Below, one piece after another: positions 24,905-34,664 of a stretch of DNA of 36,026 nucleotides. This stretch comes from a virus (taxonomy: Duplodnaviria; Caudoviricetes): positions 1 through 36,026 of the IMG/VR virus record IMGVR_UViG_3300011444_000017, one strand, 5' to 3'. Position 1 is the stretch's first letter, and every line of letters starts with the position of its first letter. Position numbers and translations under genes: made by a program. The notes beneath the pieces were generated by a model. The model ran no database searches, was not told the DNA's origin, and saw only the letters and a list, made by a program, of their open reading frames with translations.

Positions 24905-27900
24905 ATGGGAACCGTTCGAGGGACCTTCGATCTCAACTCGCGCCCGGCGTCGTCCTCGCTGCGCGATCTCCGAAAGGAGGGCGTCGAGACGGATGCCGTC
25001 TTCGAGAAGCTGGGTAAAAGCCTCGACGGGGTAGGGACGACGAAGCAGCGCGAGCAGATCCGCCTCTACAAGGAGGCCGTGAAACGGCTCGGGACCCAGT
25101 GGGAGCAGTCGGCCGCGAAGGCCGACGCCTCCTGGACTGAGATGGAGAAGAAGACCGTGGACTCGGTGGCCGTCCAGAGCGCCGCGATCGACTCCCTCCA
25201 GGGTCGCCTGAACGAGCTGGGCCGGACTCGCTCGACGGCCGAGGTCAACACGAGCGGGATCGCCGAGTCGATCACCGAGGTCGAGCTGTTGAAGAAACGC
25301 CTGAACGAGCTGGACCGCTTCCGGGCGACGGCGCGCGTCGGCGTCGGCGGGACCGGCCTCTCGGCCGCCCGCACGGCGGTGGGAGGCGGCGGAGGTGGGG
25401 GTAGCGGCTTCTCCCGAGGCGGCCTGAAAATCCCCTTCGCGGGGTCGATTCCCCTCCCGCTCGTCGCCGGCGCTCTCGGCGCAGCGCCGCCGTTCCTCGG
25501 CGCGGCGACCGCCGTACTCGGCTCGGCTGGGTCAGCCGCGCTCGGAGCCGGAGCTATCGGTACCGCAGGACTCGGGGCGCTCGCGGCCGGTATAGGGAGC
25601 ATCGCCTCGGTGGCGATCCCCGCCGTTAAAGGGCTGAAAGAAAGCCACAAAGCCCTGCTCGCCTACAACAAAGCAGTCGCCACGAACGGGAAGAACTCGA
25701 CCCAGGCGCACACGGCCTTGGCGAAACTGAACGCCGCCCTGCAGTCGGCCCCGGCCGGGACTCGTGGAGTGCTCAACCAAGAGCAGCGGCTCTCCTCGCG
25801 CTTCCAGAGTATGACGAAACCGGGACAGGCCAGCTTCATGGGTTCTCTATCGAACCTCCTCGGCGCGGGCAATCGGTTGACGCCGCAACTCGCCGGGATC
25901 GCCAACCCGCTCCTGGCCGCTGGCCAGAGTCAGTCGGGAAGGTTCGGCAACTTCCTTACCGGCGGGACGACTCGTAGCTTCCTCGGGGCCTCGGGAAATA
26001 CGGCGATCGAAGTCCTCCCGAATGTAGAGTCCACGTTCCAGCACGTCCTCGCGACGTTGATGAATATTTCCCGCGCCTCGATGCCCTTCTTCAAGCAGTC
26101 GGTCGAATGGTTGGAGACGTGGACGGCGGGCTGGGCGACCTCAACGGGGAACATCGGCAAGACGCGGACCTCGATCGGCGGGATGGTGAGCCAGCTAAAA
26201 ACGTGGGGGCGGCTGACCTCGGCGACCTTCAAACTGCTGCGTGACCTCTTCTCCTCCTCCGCGAAACCGGGCCAGTCTCTCGTCGGCGATCTCACGACCC
26301 AGCTGAATACCTGGGACGCCTGGATCAAACGTAACCCGCGGCAGGTCCGAGCCTTCTTCACCGAAGCCGTGGACTCGACCGAGAAGATCGCCGGGGCGCT
26401 CGGCAAGATCACAGGGATGCTCTGGAAGCTCGGGCAGCTGCTGACGCCTCTCTTGACGCAGCTCTCGCAGTTCGTCGGCTTCCTCGACTCCGCGGGCCTC
26501 CTTTCGCCGGGGATGCTGCCGCTGCTTCTCGCGAGCGGTGCGGGGATTCGGAACGTCGTCGGCGCGGCTCGCGGCCGCATCCTCGGGTCGGCGGCGGGCG
26601 GGGCCGGAGGGGCGGTTGGAACTACGGAGGGGCTGGCCGCAGGAGCCCTACTCGGGAGAGGAGGCGCGGCCGCTCTAGGAGGTCGAGCCATGTTCGGACC
26701 GATCTCGGGACTCGGAAAGACCTACGGCCTCGCGCGCTCCTTCGGTTACTCGCGGACCGCAGCGGCGGCCGCAGAGGCGGGCGCTCTACCAGGAGCGGGG
26801 ACTTTCGCCCGCGGCTTTGGTGCGCGCTTCCTGCCGATCGCCGCGCTCATGGCCGGCCTGAACTTCGCCAGTACCCCCGGAGGCGTAGGAGATCGCCTGC
26901 AGGGCGCGGAGTCCGGTCTGACCCTCGGACTGATCCCGCCACCCAAAACGGGAGCGCAGAAGGAAGAAGGAGGCGCCGCTCACGCACGGCGGATCGCAGA
27001 ACACTACAACCATAAGTACGGGACGAGCCTGAAAGGACTCGACCGGCAGGTCGCGGCGATCCGCCGTAGTAGACAAGCGCTTATGACCCCGCAGGAACGG
27101 GGAGGCTTTACCGGCTTCCTTACGACTGACCTCAACCCCATCGGCGGTAACTTCGGCCACGCCCCGAAGATCGTCTCCGACGAAGACCGAGCGGCGGCTG
27201 CATCGCTCCACAAGGAACTCCTGGACCTGCAGACCAAGCGCCGAACGTTCGCGGCAGAACGAGGAGGAGAACTCGGCGGTCAGTTCCGGGGCGCCTTCCA
27301 GATCCGCTCGGCTCACGAGGGCGCGCAGGCAGCCCTGGGTGATGTAAGCGGCCCGATCCTGGCCTCGATAAAGCGCCTGGGTCCCGCCGGCGGGCAAGCG
27401 CTCGCACGGAACGTCCTGGCCTGGACTTCGGCGGCGAAGCAACATAACCCGAAGCTGCAGAAGCAGTACCAGGAACTCGCCGAAAAGATCGAAGCCTCCT
27501 TCGCCCGGATGGGTAAGCGCATCAAAGTGATTAACGGCGAAATCTACACCGGCTCCTCGAAGGAATGGGGGAACATCGAAAGGGCGATGAAGACACCAGT
27601 CGAGCGCGCCCGTGCAGCGATGATCGACGACTTCACGGCGATCCAGATAGAAGCCGTCCGCTCTCTCAGAGCAATGGGCTACTCGCCGACGATGGCGCAT
27701 AAAATCGTCCAGGGGATGGAGTCGAAGAACAACCAGACCCGAGGGGCGGCGGAAGGAGCGGCGAAGCAGGGGCCGGGCGGCTACAACTCGAAGATTCTCC
27801 AGGGCGCTTCGGGGCCACCGTCTCCGGGCGGGGCTCGCGGCCTTCGCATCCCCGGCTATGGGAACACCGATCACGTCCCGATCGGGGGCCATACCGGCAT

Positions 27901-29371
27901 CGGGGCTCCGGGCGAGCTGATCGTCAACCCGCACACGGAGGCGCGGGCGAACCGTTACCTCGGTGCCTTCGGGACCTCGCTAGAGCAGATGCAGAAGGGG
28001 GAGAAGTACCGCGCCTCGACGCCCGTAGGCCAGATGTACGGACGGCCCGGCGAATTCGCTCGCGGCGGCCGGATGGGCGGGGGCGGGGCCTGGCGCGGGG
28101 TCGGACCGGCAGGGCTGCACAGCGGAGTCAGGAAGGTCGTCTCGTCCGTGTTGGGGCAGTTCCCCGGCCTCTCGGCGACGAGCACGACGGGCGGCAGCCA
28201 CGTCTCCGGCTCCTACCACTACCTCGGCGAGGCGGTGGATATCGCAGGCTCCTCGGCGGTGATGCACGCCGCGTCGGAATGGATCAAGAAGTCGGGCCTC
28301 TACCGCCAACTGACCGAGGGCATCCACAACCCGAACCTCTCCGTCTCGGACGGGCATATGGTCGATCCGAGCTTCTATGCCTCGGTGTGGGGCGAGCACG
28401 CCGACCACATCCACCTCGCCGTCGCCCATGCGGTCGGGAAGCTCCTCGGCCTCGGCGGCGGCGCTCGCGGTCGAGGCATGGGCGGCGGCGGCTTTGGCGG
28501 TCGCAGCATCAGACTGAAAGGGCGCCGCTCGGGCCTCGGTGGCGCTCCGGGCGCGATGCAGGAAGCGGGCTCTCGGTCCTACGCCAAAGGACTTGAAGAC
28601 CACATCAACAAACAGATCGGCGGCGGTCGCGGGCGCGGCGGCCGGTTCGGTCGCGTCGCGGGCGGCAGCGTCCCGGCCCAGATCGCCCGCGTCCTCTCTC
28701 GCGGAGGATTGAACAAGATCGGCGCCGCCGGCATCATCGGCAACGCCTATGCGGAGTCCACCTGGAACCCGGCCGCCCAGGGCTACGGCGGCGGCGGCCT
28801 CTGGGGCTTCACCGCATCGCCGAACTCGCTGGCCGACCTTCAGGCGTATGCACAGCAACGGAACACGCCGTGGACGAGCGCCGGTCTGCAGACGCAGTTC
28901 CTCCTCCAACACGTGAGCCGCGGGTTGATCGGGAGGCTCAACGCCTCCTCCAGCCCCGAGGCCGCCGCCGCCCTCTTCATGACAGAGTTCGAGCGCCCCG
29001 GCATCCCGCGTCAGGACGTACGCGAAGCAGGCGCGCGGAAAGCCTTCAAGATGGGCTTCGCTCGCGGGGGCCGTATCCCCCTCTGGGGCGGCTGGAACGC
29101 CCACGGCGGCTCCGGCTCCTTCGACCGCCCGACCCTCCTCGGCGTCGGCGAGCGCGGCCGCGAGGACGTACAGATACGCCCCCATAAGCCCGAGAGGAAG
29201 CGCGCGGGAGGCCGTTCGAGGCGCGGCGCGGTAGAGATCAGCTTCGCCGGAGCACATTTCCACGTCCGACACGAGAGCGATATCGAGAAGATCGCCGACG
29301 AGGTGGGCCGCAGGCTCACCGCCGCCATGGCCGAAGACGACGGCTTCGATCAGGAAGAGGTGATGGGATGA
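24905..29371 (+). CDS. Tape measure protein with C-terminal M15-like peptidase and phage-tail-lysozyme domains
   Basis: 1488 aa, Ala/Gly-rich; SYHYLGEAVDI...HADHIH; AAGIIGNAYAESTWNP...FMTEFERPG. Confidence 0.9.
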   Translation: MGTVRGTFDLNSRPASSSLRDLRKEGVETDAVFEKLGKSLDGVGTTKQREQIRLYKEAVKRLGTQWEQSAAKADASWTEMEKKTVDSVAVQSAAIDSLQGRLNELGRTRSTAEVNTSGIAESITEVELLKKRLNELDRFRATARVGVGGTGLSAARTAVGGGGGGGSGFSRGGLKIPFAGSIPLPLVAGALGAAPPFLGAATAVLGSAGSAALGAGAIGTAGLGALAAGIGSIASVAIPAVKGLKESHKALLAYNKAVATNGKNSTQAHTALAKLNAALQSAPAGTRGVLNQEQRLSSRFQSMTKPGQASFMGSLSNLLGAGNRLTPQLAGIANPLLAAGQSQSGRFGNFLTGGTTRSFLGASGNTAIEVLPNVESTFQHVLATLMNISRASMPFFKQSVEWLETWTAGWATSTGNIGKTRTSIGGMVSQLKTWGRLTSATFKLLRDLFSSSAKPGQSLVGDLTTQLNTWDAWIKRNPRQVRAFFTEAVDSTEKIAGALGKITGMLWKLGQLLTPLLTQLSQFVGFLDSAGLLSPGMLPLLLASGAGIRNVVGAARGRILGSAAGGAGGAVGTTEGLAAGALLGRGGAAALGGRAMFGPISGLGKTYGLARSFGYSRTAAAAAEAGALPGAGTFARGFGARFLPIAALMAGLNFASTPGGVGDRLQGAESGLTLGLIPPPKTGAQKEEGGAAHARRIAEHYNHKYGTSLKGLDRQVAAIRRSRQALMTPQERGGFTGFLTTDLNPIGGNFGHAPKIVSDEDRAAAASLHKELLDLQTKRRTFAAERGGELGGQFRGAFQIRSAHEGAQAALGDVSGPILASIKRLGPAGGQALARNVLAWTSAAKQHNPKLQKQYQELAEKIEASFARMGKRIKVINGEIYTGSSKEWGNIERAMKTPVERARAAMIDDFTAIQIEAVRSLRAMGYSPTMAHKIVQGMESKNNQTRGAAEGAAKQGPGGYNSKILQGASGPPSPGGARGLRIPGYGNTDHVPIGGHTGIGAPGELIVNPHTEARANRYLGAFGTSLEQMQKGEKYRASTPVGQMYGRPGEFARGGRMGGGGAWRGVGPAGLHSGVRKVVSSVLGQFPGLSATSTTGGSHVSGSYHYLGEAVDIAGSSAVMHAASEWIKKSGLYRQLTEGIHNPNLSVSDGHMVDPSFYASVWGEHADHIHLAVAHAVGKLLGLGGGARGRGMGGGGFGGRSIRLKGRRSGLGGAPGAMQEAGSRSYAKGLEDHINKQIGGGRGRGGRFGRVAGGSVPAQIARVLSRGGLNKIGAAGIIGNAYAESTWNPAAQGYGGGGLWGFTASPNSLADLQAYAQQRNTPWTSAGLQTQFLLQHVSRGLIGRLNASSSPEAAAALFMTEFERPGIPRQDVREAGARKAFKMGFARGGRIPLWGGWNAHGGSGSFDRPTLLGVGERGREDVQIRPHKPERKRAGGRSRRGAVEISFAGAHFHVRHESDIEKIADEVGRRLTAAMAEDDGFDQEEVMG

Positions 29372-30240
29372 GCCCGAAAGTCTCGCCCGCCGTTCCCGTC
29401 TCGGGCGCGAACATCGGCCTGGGCCGACGTCAGGCCGTGACCTCGGCCGGAACGCAGAGGGGAGGGGGGAGCGGCCACCGCCAGCGCTCGGGCCTCCGCC
29501 TGCGGGTCACCTCGATCCCCGGCCTCACCCCGAAGGCGATCCTCCGCAGCCCGCTGTATCTCCCGGTCGTGCTCGGCCCCGATTTCGAGATCGACGAAGA
29601 AGCGCTCCATACGGACTTTGAAACCGTCGGCGCCGGCCAGTTCTCCTCGCCGGCGGGCGGCAAGCACGCTCCACAGCTGAAGTCGCTCGACCTCGAAACC
29701 CTCTCCCTCGCCTGGGACGCGAGTTGGCTCGTCTACCCCGACACGACGCCCGACGAAGTGCGCGAAGAACTGAAGGACATTCTCGACTCGCGGAAACCCG
29801 TCGAGTTGTTCGCCCACGTCGGGCCTCACGGAGAGGCGGAGGAGCTTCGCATGTGGGCGACGCTCCGCTCGCTGCGCCGCATCCTTCGCCACGGCGAGAA
29901 CGACACGCGCTACTTCTCGATGGAATGGAAGCAGTACCGGAGCCCCGTCATCCCGCGCCGCGCCGCCAACAGCTACTCCAACCTCCCGACGACGCACACC
30001 CTCGACAAAGACGACACCCTCCGCTCGATCGCCAACCGCTACTACGGGACCGAGGCGATGTGGCAGTTCCTCGCCTCCCAGAACGGCATCAAGAACTGGG
30101 GCGGCGACGACCCCCTCGTCAAGATGAACCGCTACAAGGTCGGCGACAAGATCAAAGTCCCGGTCCCGCCCCCGACGAAGGTCGGCCGCGCCAAACCCGT
30201 CACCGATGACGACGACCACCTCCGCGTCGGGAGCAGCTGA
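29368..30240 (+). CDS. LysM-domain tail tube initiator (XkdP-like)
   Basis: HTLDKDDTLRSIANRYYG...LASQNGI...VGDKIKVP; follows the tape measure. Confidence 0.85.
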   Translation: MSPKVSPAVPVSGANIGLGRRQAVTSAGTQRGGGSGHRQRSGLRLRVTSIPGLTPKAILRSPLYLPVVLGPDFEIDEEALHTDFETVGAGQFSSPAGGKHAPQLKSLDLETLSLAWDASWLVYPDTTPDEVREELKDILDSRKPVELFAHVGPHGEAEELRMWATLRSLRRILRHGENDTRYFSMEWKQYRSPVIPRRAANSYSNLPTTHTLDKDDTLRSIANRYYGTEAMWQFLASQNGIKNWGGDDPLVKMNRYKVGDKIKVPVPPPTKVGRAKPVTDDDDHLRVGSS

Positions 30241-31500
30241 GTGCCGACCGCCGCTCAGAAAGCTCGGGAGAGTCAAGGGCGGCAGGAACGCGCCAACTCG
30301 CCGACCGGCAAACTCCGGGCTCCGAATCTCGCCTCGATCTACACGAAGGCGCTCCGGGATATCGAGGCGGGCGACTTCTCCTTCCGCACGGTCTTGGTCC
30401 GGCCGGAGAAGCCGAAGGACGACGGCCGCACGATAATCCTCGACCGCGCGACGACCTCGATCGAATGGACGGACGCCTCGGCGGTCCTCTCGGGTTCGCT
30501 GACCCTCCATCGCCCGGCCCCCCTCGCCGTCTCCGCGCTGCCGATTAAGGAACGCCACCGGATCAGGTTGCTGGTGCGATGGGGCGGCTCCTGGTACCGC
30601 CTCTGGGAGATGCGCGTCGAATCCGACCCCGAACCGACCGGCTCCTCGGGCGACGTGCGGGTGGAACTCGCCGACGACCTCGCGAATCTCCGCCAGAACG
30701 AGCGGGACTGGGAGTTTAAGAAGTCGAAACACCGCCCGGATGGCTGGCCGCCTCAGGCCGTGGCCCGCGCCGTCGCTAACCGCGAGGGCGTCGATGCGGG
30801 CAAGATCGCGAAGGGCGAGGCGCGCATCAAGAAACTCAAGAGGACCTGCTCGGGGCTGGAGATCCTGATGAGGGTCTACGCGGCCGAGCGCAAGAAGACC
30901 GACCGGAAGTTCGTGATCCGCCTCCGGGACGGCCGCCTCGAAATCGTCCCCGTCGAGCGGCACAAGGTGCTCTACGAGATCAAGGGGATGGAGATCGACT
31001 ATTCCACCGAAACCGGCTCCCCGAAGAAGCGGCGGCCGACGACCGTGATCGAGGCGAAGGGCCGCATCGGCAAGAAGAAGGTCGAAGTCAAGGTCTTCCG
31101 CGAGGCGATTCTGAAGCGCTTCGGCCTCTCGACCGCCGAGCGCTCCTACGGCAAAGTGGACTCGAAGCAAGAGCTGAAAGAAAAGGCGATGCGGGAGCTG
31201 GCCGAGGAGGTCAAAGTCAAGCGGACGGCGATGCTCACGATCCCCGGTATCCCGTTTATGGAACGAGGCGATACCGTCCGCTGGATCACGGAGGAGCCGG
31301 GCTGGTCGGGGCCGAGCTTCGGGACGCGCGACCGGAGCTACGCCTACATCACCGCCGTGACGCACTCGGCGACGCCGGCGAACTTCACCAGCTCCATGAC
31401 CGTCTCCCAGGTCGATCCCTTCCTGGAGACGGGCGATGATGCGTCGAAGGCTCAGCGCGACGAAAAGCAGGGAGAACGAGATAAGCGGAGGCAAGGATGA
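30241..31500 (+). CDS. Baseplate hub protein (XkdQ-like)
   Basis: Synteny; GIPFMERGDTV...YITAVTH C-terminal motif. Confidence 0.8.
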   Translation: MPTAAQKARESQGRQERANSPTGKLRAPNLASIYTKALRDIEAGDFSFRTVLVRPEKPKDDGRTIILDRATTSIEWTDASAVLSGSLTLHRPAPLAVSALPIKERHRIRLLVRWGGSWYRLWEMRVESDPEPTGSSGDVRVELADDLANLRQNERDWEFKKSKHRPDGWPPQAVARAVANREGVDAGKIAKGEARIKKLKRTCSGLEILMRVYAAERKKTDRKFVIRLRDGRLEIVPVERHKVLYEIKGMEIDYSTETGSPKKRRPTTVIEAKGRIGKKKVEVKVFREAILKRFGLSTAERSYGKVDSKQELKEKAMRELAEEVKVKRTAMLTIPGIPFMERGDTVRWITEEPGWSGPSFGTRDRSYAYITAVTHSATPANFTSSMTVSQVDPFLETGDDASKAQRDEKQGERDKRRQG

Positions 31501-31883
31501 GCGTACTGACCGAATTCATCGACGAACAGAACGACGCCGACCTCCAGCTCTCCCGGCGGGCGCTCTACGTCTCCCAGGCCGCTTGGGACGGCCCCGCGAT
31601 CTCGACGGCGGCGAGCGCGGCCGAGATCGTCTGGCACGGGTCCGACGCGCACAAGGAGACGGGAGCGATGGCCCTCGCCCCGCTCGATGGCGCGCTCTCC
31701 GATCTCGTCGGGAACATCGTCCGCGTCACGCGCATCGAAGGCTTCCGTCGCCGCTCGGTCTGCGTCTTCGTCTTCGCGACCGTGGACATGGAAGCGGACC
31801 TCTCTCTCGCTCGGCGCCCGTTCATGGAGCTGGGCTTGCTCGCGAACGAGTCGATCGAGTGCCTGGTCGAGGTGGTCGCGTGA
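31497..31883 (+). CDS. Hypothetical baseplate-region protein
   Basis: Coupled at both ends (ATGA, GTGA). Confidence 0.7.
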   Translation: MSVLTEFIDEQNDADLQLSRRALYVSQAAWDGPAISTAASAAEIVWHGSDAHKETGAMALAPLDGALSDLVGNIVRVTRIEGFRRRSVCVFVFATVDMEADLSLARRPFMELGLLANESIECLVEVVA

Positions 31884-32380
31884 GCCGACATATCCGCGAG
31901 GCGGCCGACGCGATCCGCCACCGCGCCCGGCGGGAGGCCCGGAGAGCTTCGCCGCCCATGGAGAGGTTCAAGGTCCTGAGGCTCAGCCCCCTGCTCCTCG
32001 AAGCCTACGGCTCGGAGCTGAAGTTGAGCGCGAACGACGACGACTTCGAGATCGGCCGCGGGGCGCTCCGGAAGCTGAAAGTCGGGGACTCCGCCTGGGT
32101 GGCGACCGACCGCGACGGGGACCGGGTGGTCCTCGGGGGCTCGACCGGGATCGCCGGCGGCGGGAAAGATGCCGCAGCGGCCGAAGCCAAAGAAGACGCC
32201 GAGGGGCTGGGGGTCATCGCCCACGGCGCGAAAGCGGGAACCGACCGCCCCGACGACTTCGCCAACTACATCTGGATCGGGAGCGTCGATCCGAATAACG
32301 CAGAGAACCACGACTTCCTCGCCAAACCGCCCGGCTTCTTTGTGATGCAGGGCGGCGAATGGATAGCGATCACGGGCTAG
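31880..32380 (+). CDS. Putative baseplate spike (XkdR-like position)
   Basis: GTGA overlap; KLKVGDSAWV...VVLG OB-fold-like motif; C-terminal YIWIGSVDPNNAENHD. Confidence 0.6.
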   Translation: MSRHIREAADAIRHRARREARRASPPMERFKVLRLSPLLLEAYGSELKLSANDDDFEIGRGALRKLKVGDSAWVATDRDGDRVVLGGSTGIAGGGKDAAAAEAKEDAEGLGVIAHGAKAGTDRPDDFANYIWIGSVDPNNAENHDFLAKPPGFFVMQGGEWIAITG

Positions 32381-32392
32381 GATCGGATCACG

Positions 32393-32923
32393 GTGCCGCA
32401 AGAAAACCCCGCCTTCTCTCTCGTCCCGCTCGAAGAGGGCGCCGACCCCGAAGCGGTCCTCGACGCGGCCGAAGCCTCGGTCTTCGACGACCCCTTCGCC
32501 GCCGCCGAAGGCGAAGACCCGCCGATTCCCTTCGGCCGCAGCTGGGCCTTCGACTACGACAAGGGTCGCTTCATCCGCTCCGCCGGCGCCCCGGCCGAGA
32601 CGCGCGGAGTCGCGACGCTCATCGAATACGTCAACGCGGCGATGAGGACCGCGGCGGGGGTCCACCCGATCCTCCCGCCCGAGTTCGGGATCGAGTCGCC
32701 GGAAGACTTCCTCGGCACGGTCGATCCGACCGAGGCACTTTCCGACTTCCAGGACCGCCTGCGTCGAGCGCTCATCGCCCACGACCGGATCGAGGACGTG
32801 CGCTCGTTTGAAGCCGACTGGGACCCTTCGTTGGGAATCATCACGGTGACGAATCTCCTCATCGTTACGGACCAGGAAGATGTCGTCCCGATCGGGCCAA
32901 CCGACGTGGAAGTGGAGGCTTAG
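32393..32923 (+). CDS. Baseplate wedge / sheath initiator (XkdS, gp25-like)
   Basis: SWAFDY...GRF, EFGIE and ALIAHDRIEDVRSF motifs. Confidence 0.85.
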   Translation: MPQENPAFSLVPLEEGADPEAVLDAAEASVFDDPFAAAEGEDPPIPFGRSWAFDYDKGRFIRSAGAPAETRGVATLIEYVNAAMRTAAGVHPILPPEFGIESPEDFLGTVDPTEALSDFQDRLRRALIAHDRIEDVRSFEADWDPSLGIITVTNLLIVTDQEDVVPIGPTDVEVEA

Positions 32924-34114
32924 ATGGCGATCGACGACCTGGACGTGCTCGGGATAGTCCCCCTGTTCCCCGGCGAGACTGAGGAGGTGATCGCGGAACG
33001 CTACGAGCAGTGGGCGAACGAAGGGCTGACCCCCGACGACGCCGAAGAGTGGGTCGACACGCGGGCCGGGTCCTTCTGGTACATGGCGACTCGGCCGAGC
33101 ATCAGGCAGGACGCGAAGACCTACGACCTGATGGGCACGGAGTACCCGGCCGCCGCGATGCCCCTGCTCTCCTGGGGCGAATACCTCGACGACCTCGCCG
33201 CCGGGGTGAAAATCGAACGCAACCCGGCAGAGACGGCGAAAGGGGTCGTGACCTTCACGGGCGTCGCGGGGACCACCATCGGCGCGGGGACGACCGTCGC
33301 CGTCGAGGGACCGGCCGAACAGGTCGAAGCCCAGGAGTACGAGGTCACGGAAGAAGGGAAAATCCCCGGAGGCGGCTCGATTGACCTCCCGGTCGAAGCG
33401 CTCTCCTCGGGCGTCGCCGCGAACGCTCCCGCCGCCGCCGTGACGCTCCTCCAGTCGGAAGTCGTCGGCGTCGAAGCCGTAACGAACGCCGACCCGATCC
33501 TCGGCGGCGCCGACCCCGAGAGCGACGAATCCCTCCGCGAGCGCCTGATCGAATCGAAGGACGGCGAAGGGCCGGGCAATACGCGCGACTACGCGGTCTG
33601 GTCGCGGACCTACTCCTCGGAGGTCGGCCGAGCGGTCGTCATCCCTCTCTGGAACGGCGCCGGGACCGTCCTGGTGATCGTGCTGACCTCGGCCGGCGAT
33701 CCCGTCTCCGAAGAAACTGTCGATGGGCTCCAGGCGTTCCTCGACCCGGTTCCGGGCAAAGGCGAAGGACTCGCCCCGGTCGGCGCGACCGTCACCGTGG
33801 CGACGGCCAAAGGGCTGAAAGTGGACGTGGCCGTCGAAGTCGAGTTGGAAACCGGCTACTCGCTCGACGGCGCGGGGGGGACCATCGCGCTCGAAGAAAC
33901 CCTGAAAGCGGCGATCTCGCTCCCGATCTCCGGCTCGCAGCCGGGGGGCGAGGTAGTCCTCCAGTCGGTCGCGGCCGCGATCATGTCCATCCGCGGCGTC
34001 CACGACCTCCGGAGCCTGAAACTGAACACCAAAGCGGAAAACATCGCCCTCGAATCCGCGCCGGCGCAGGTCGGTGAACCGGGAGTCATCGCCATCACGG
34101 CCGGGTCGTTCTGA
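32924..34114 (+). CDS. Baseplate J-like protein (XkdT-like)
   Basis: GEYLDDLA, AKGVVTFTG, GGADPESDESLRER, PLWNGAGTV and APVGATVTV motifs. Confidence 0.93.
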   Translation: MAIDDLDVLGIVPLFPGETEEVIAERYEQWANEGLTPDDAEEWVDTRAGSFWYMATRPSIRQDAKTYDLMGTEYPAAAMPLLSWGEYLDDLAAGVKIERNPAETAKGVVTFTGVAGTTIGAGTTVAVEGPAEQVEAQEYEVTEEGKIPGGGSIDLPVEALSSGVAANAPAAAVTLLQSEVVGVEAVTNADPILGGADPESDESLRERLIESKDGEGPGNTRDYAVWSRTYSSEVGRAVVIPLWNGAGTVLVIVLTSAGDPVSEETVDGLQAFLDPVPGKGEGLAPVGATVTVATAKGLKVDVAVEVELETGYSLDGAGGTIALEETLKAAISLPISGSQPGGEVVLQSVAAAIMSIRGVHDLRSLKLNTKAENIALESAPAQVGEPGVIAITAGSF

Positions 34115-34662
34115 TGCCCGCCTGGAGCGCGATGACGGACCTCGGCCGGGAGATGCTGGCCGAGATTCCCTCCTGGCTCCGCGACGACCCCGACACGCGA
34201 GCGGTCCTCCACTGCAAGGCGAAGGAGGTCGAACGCCAGCGAGATATGGCGCGGGCGATCCGCAACGACTTGATCCCGCTCCGCGCACTTTCGCGGGGCC
34301 TCGCCTGGTGGGAGCGCTACTACGAACTGCCAGTCGAACCGGAAGGACTCTCGGAAGCGCAGCGCCGCGCGCTCGTGATGGGCCGGATCAAGCGCGACCC
34401 GCCGATCTCCTCGGGCCTCGCCTGGCAGGAACAGGTGACGGCGCTTATCGGCGAAGGCTGGGCCTATGAAGAGCACACGACGGACGCGAGGATCACGGTG
34501 AAAGTCGGCTTCCCTCCGGGCTCGGAAATGTTTGAACTCGCCCGCGAACGCATCCCGCGTCTCCCATCCTGGCCCGCGCATATGGAACTCGAACTCGTCT
34601 CGGTCGAAGGCTTCGTCCTCGACCTGAGCAAGCTGGACCTGGAGCCGTTTGAAGCTCCCTGA
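34114..34662 (+). CDS. Baseplate wedge protein (XkdU/YmfQ, DUF2313-like)
   Basis: GLAWWERYYELP...LSEAQRRALV...PAHM motif after baseplate J. Confidence 0.85.
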   Translation: MPAWSAMTDLGREMLAEIPSWLRDDPDTRAVLHCKAKEVERQRDMARAIRNDLIPLRALSRGLAWWERYYELPVEPEGLSEAQRRALVMGRIKRDPPISSGLAWQEQVTALIGEGWAYEEHTTDARITVKVGFPPGSEMFELARERIPRLPSWPAHMELELVSVEGFVLDLSKLDLEPFEAP

Positions 34663-34664
34663 GC

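Noticed and set aside
31565-34288. Very long minus-strand ORFs (e.g. 907 aa here; also 4383-6095, 16711-18837, 18665-20890, 21539-23830, 29350-31494, 34493-35974)
   Set aside because: They are antisense shadows of GC3-biased plus-strand genes, have no recognisable motifs and fully overlap well-supported phage genes
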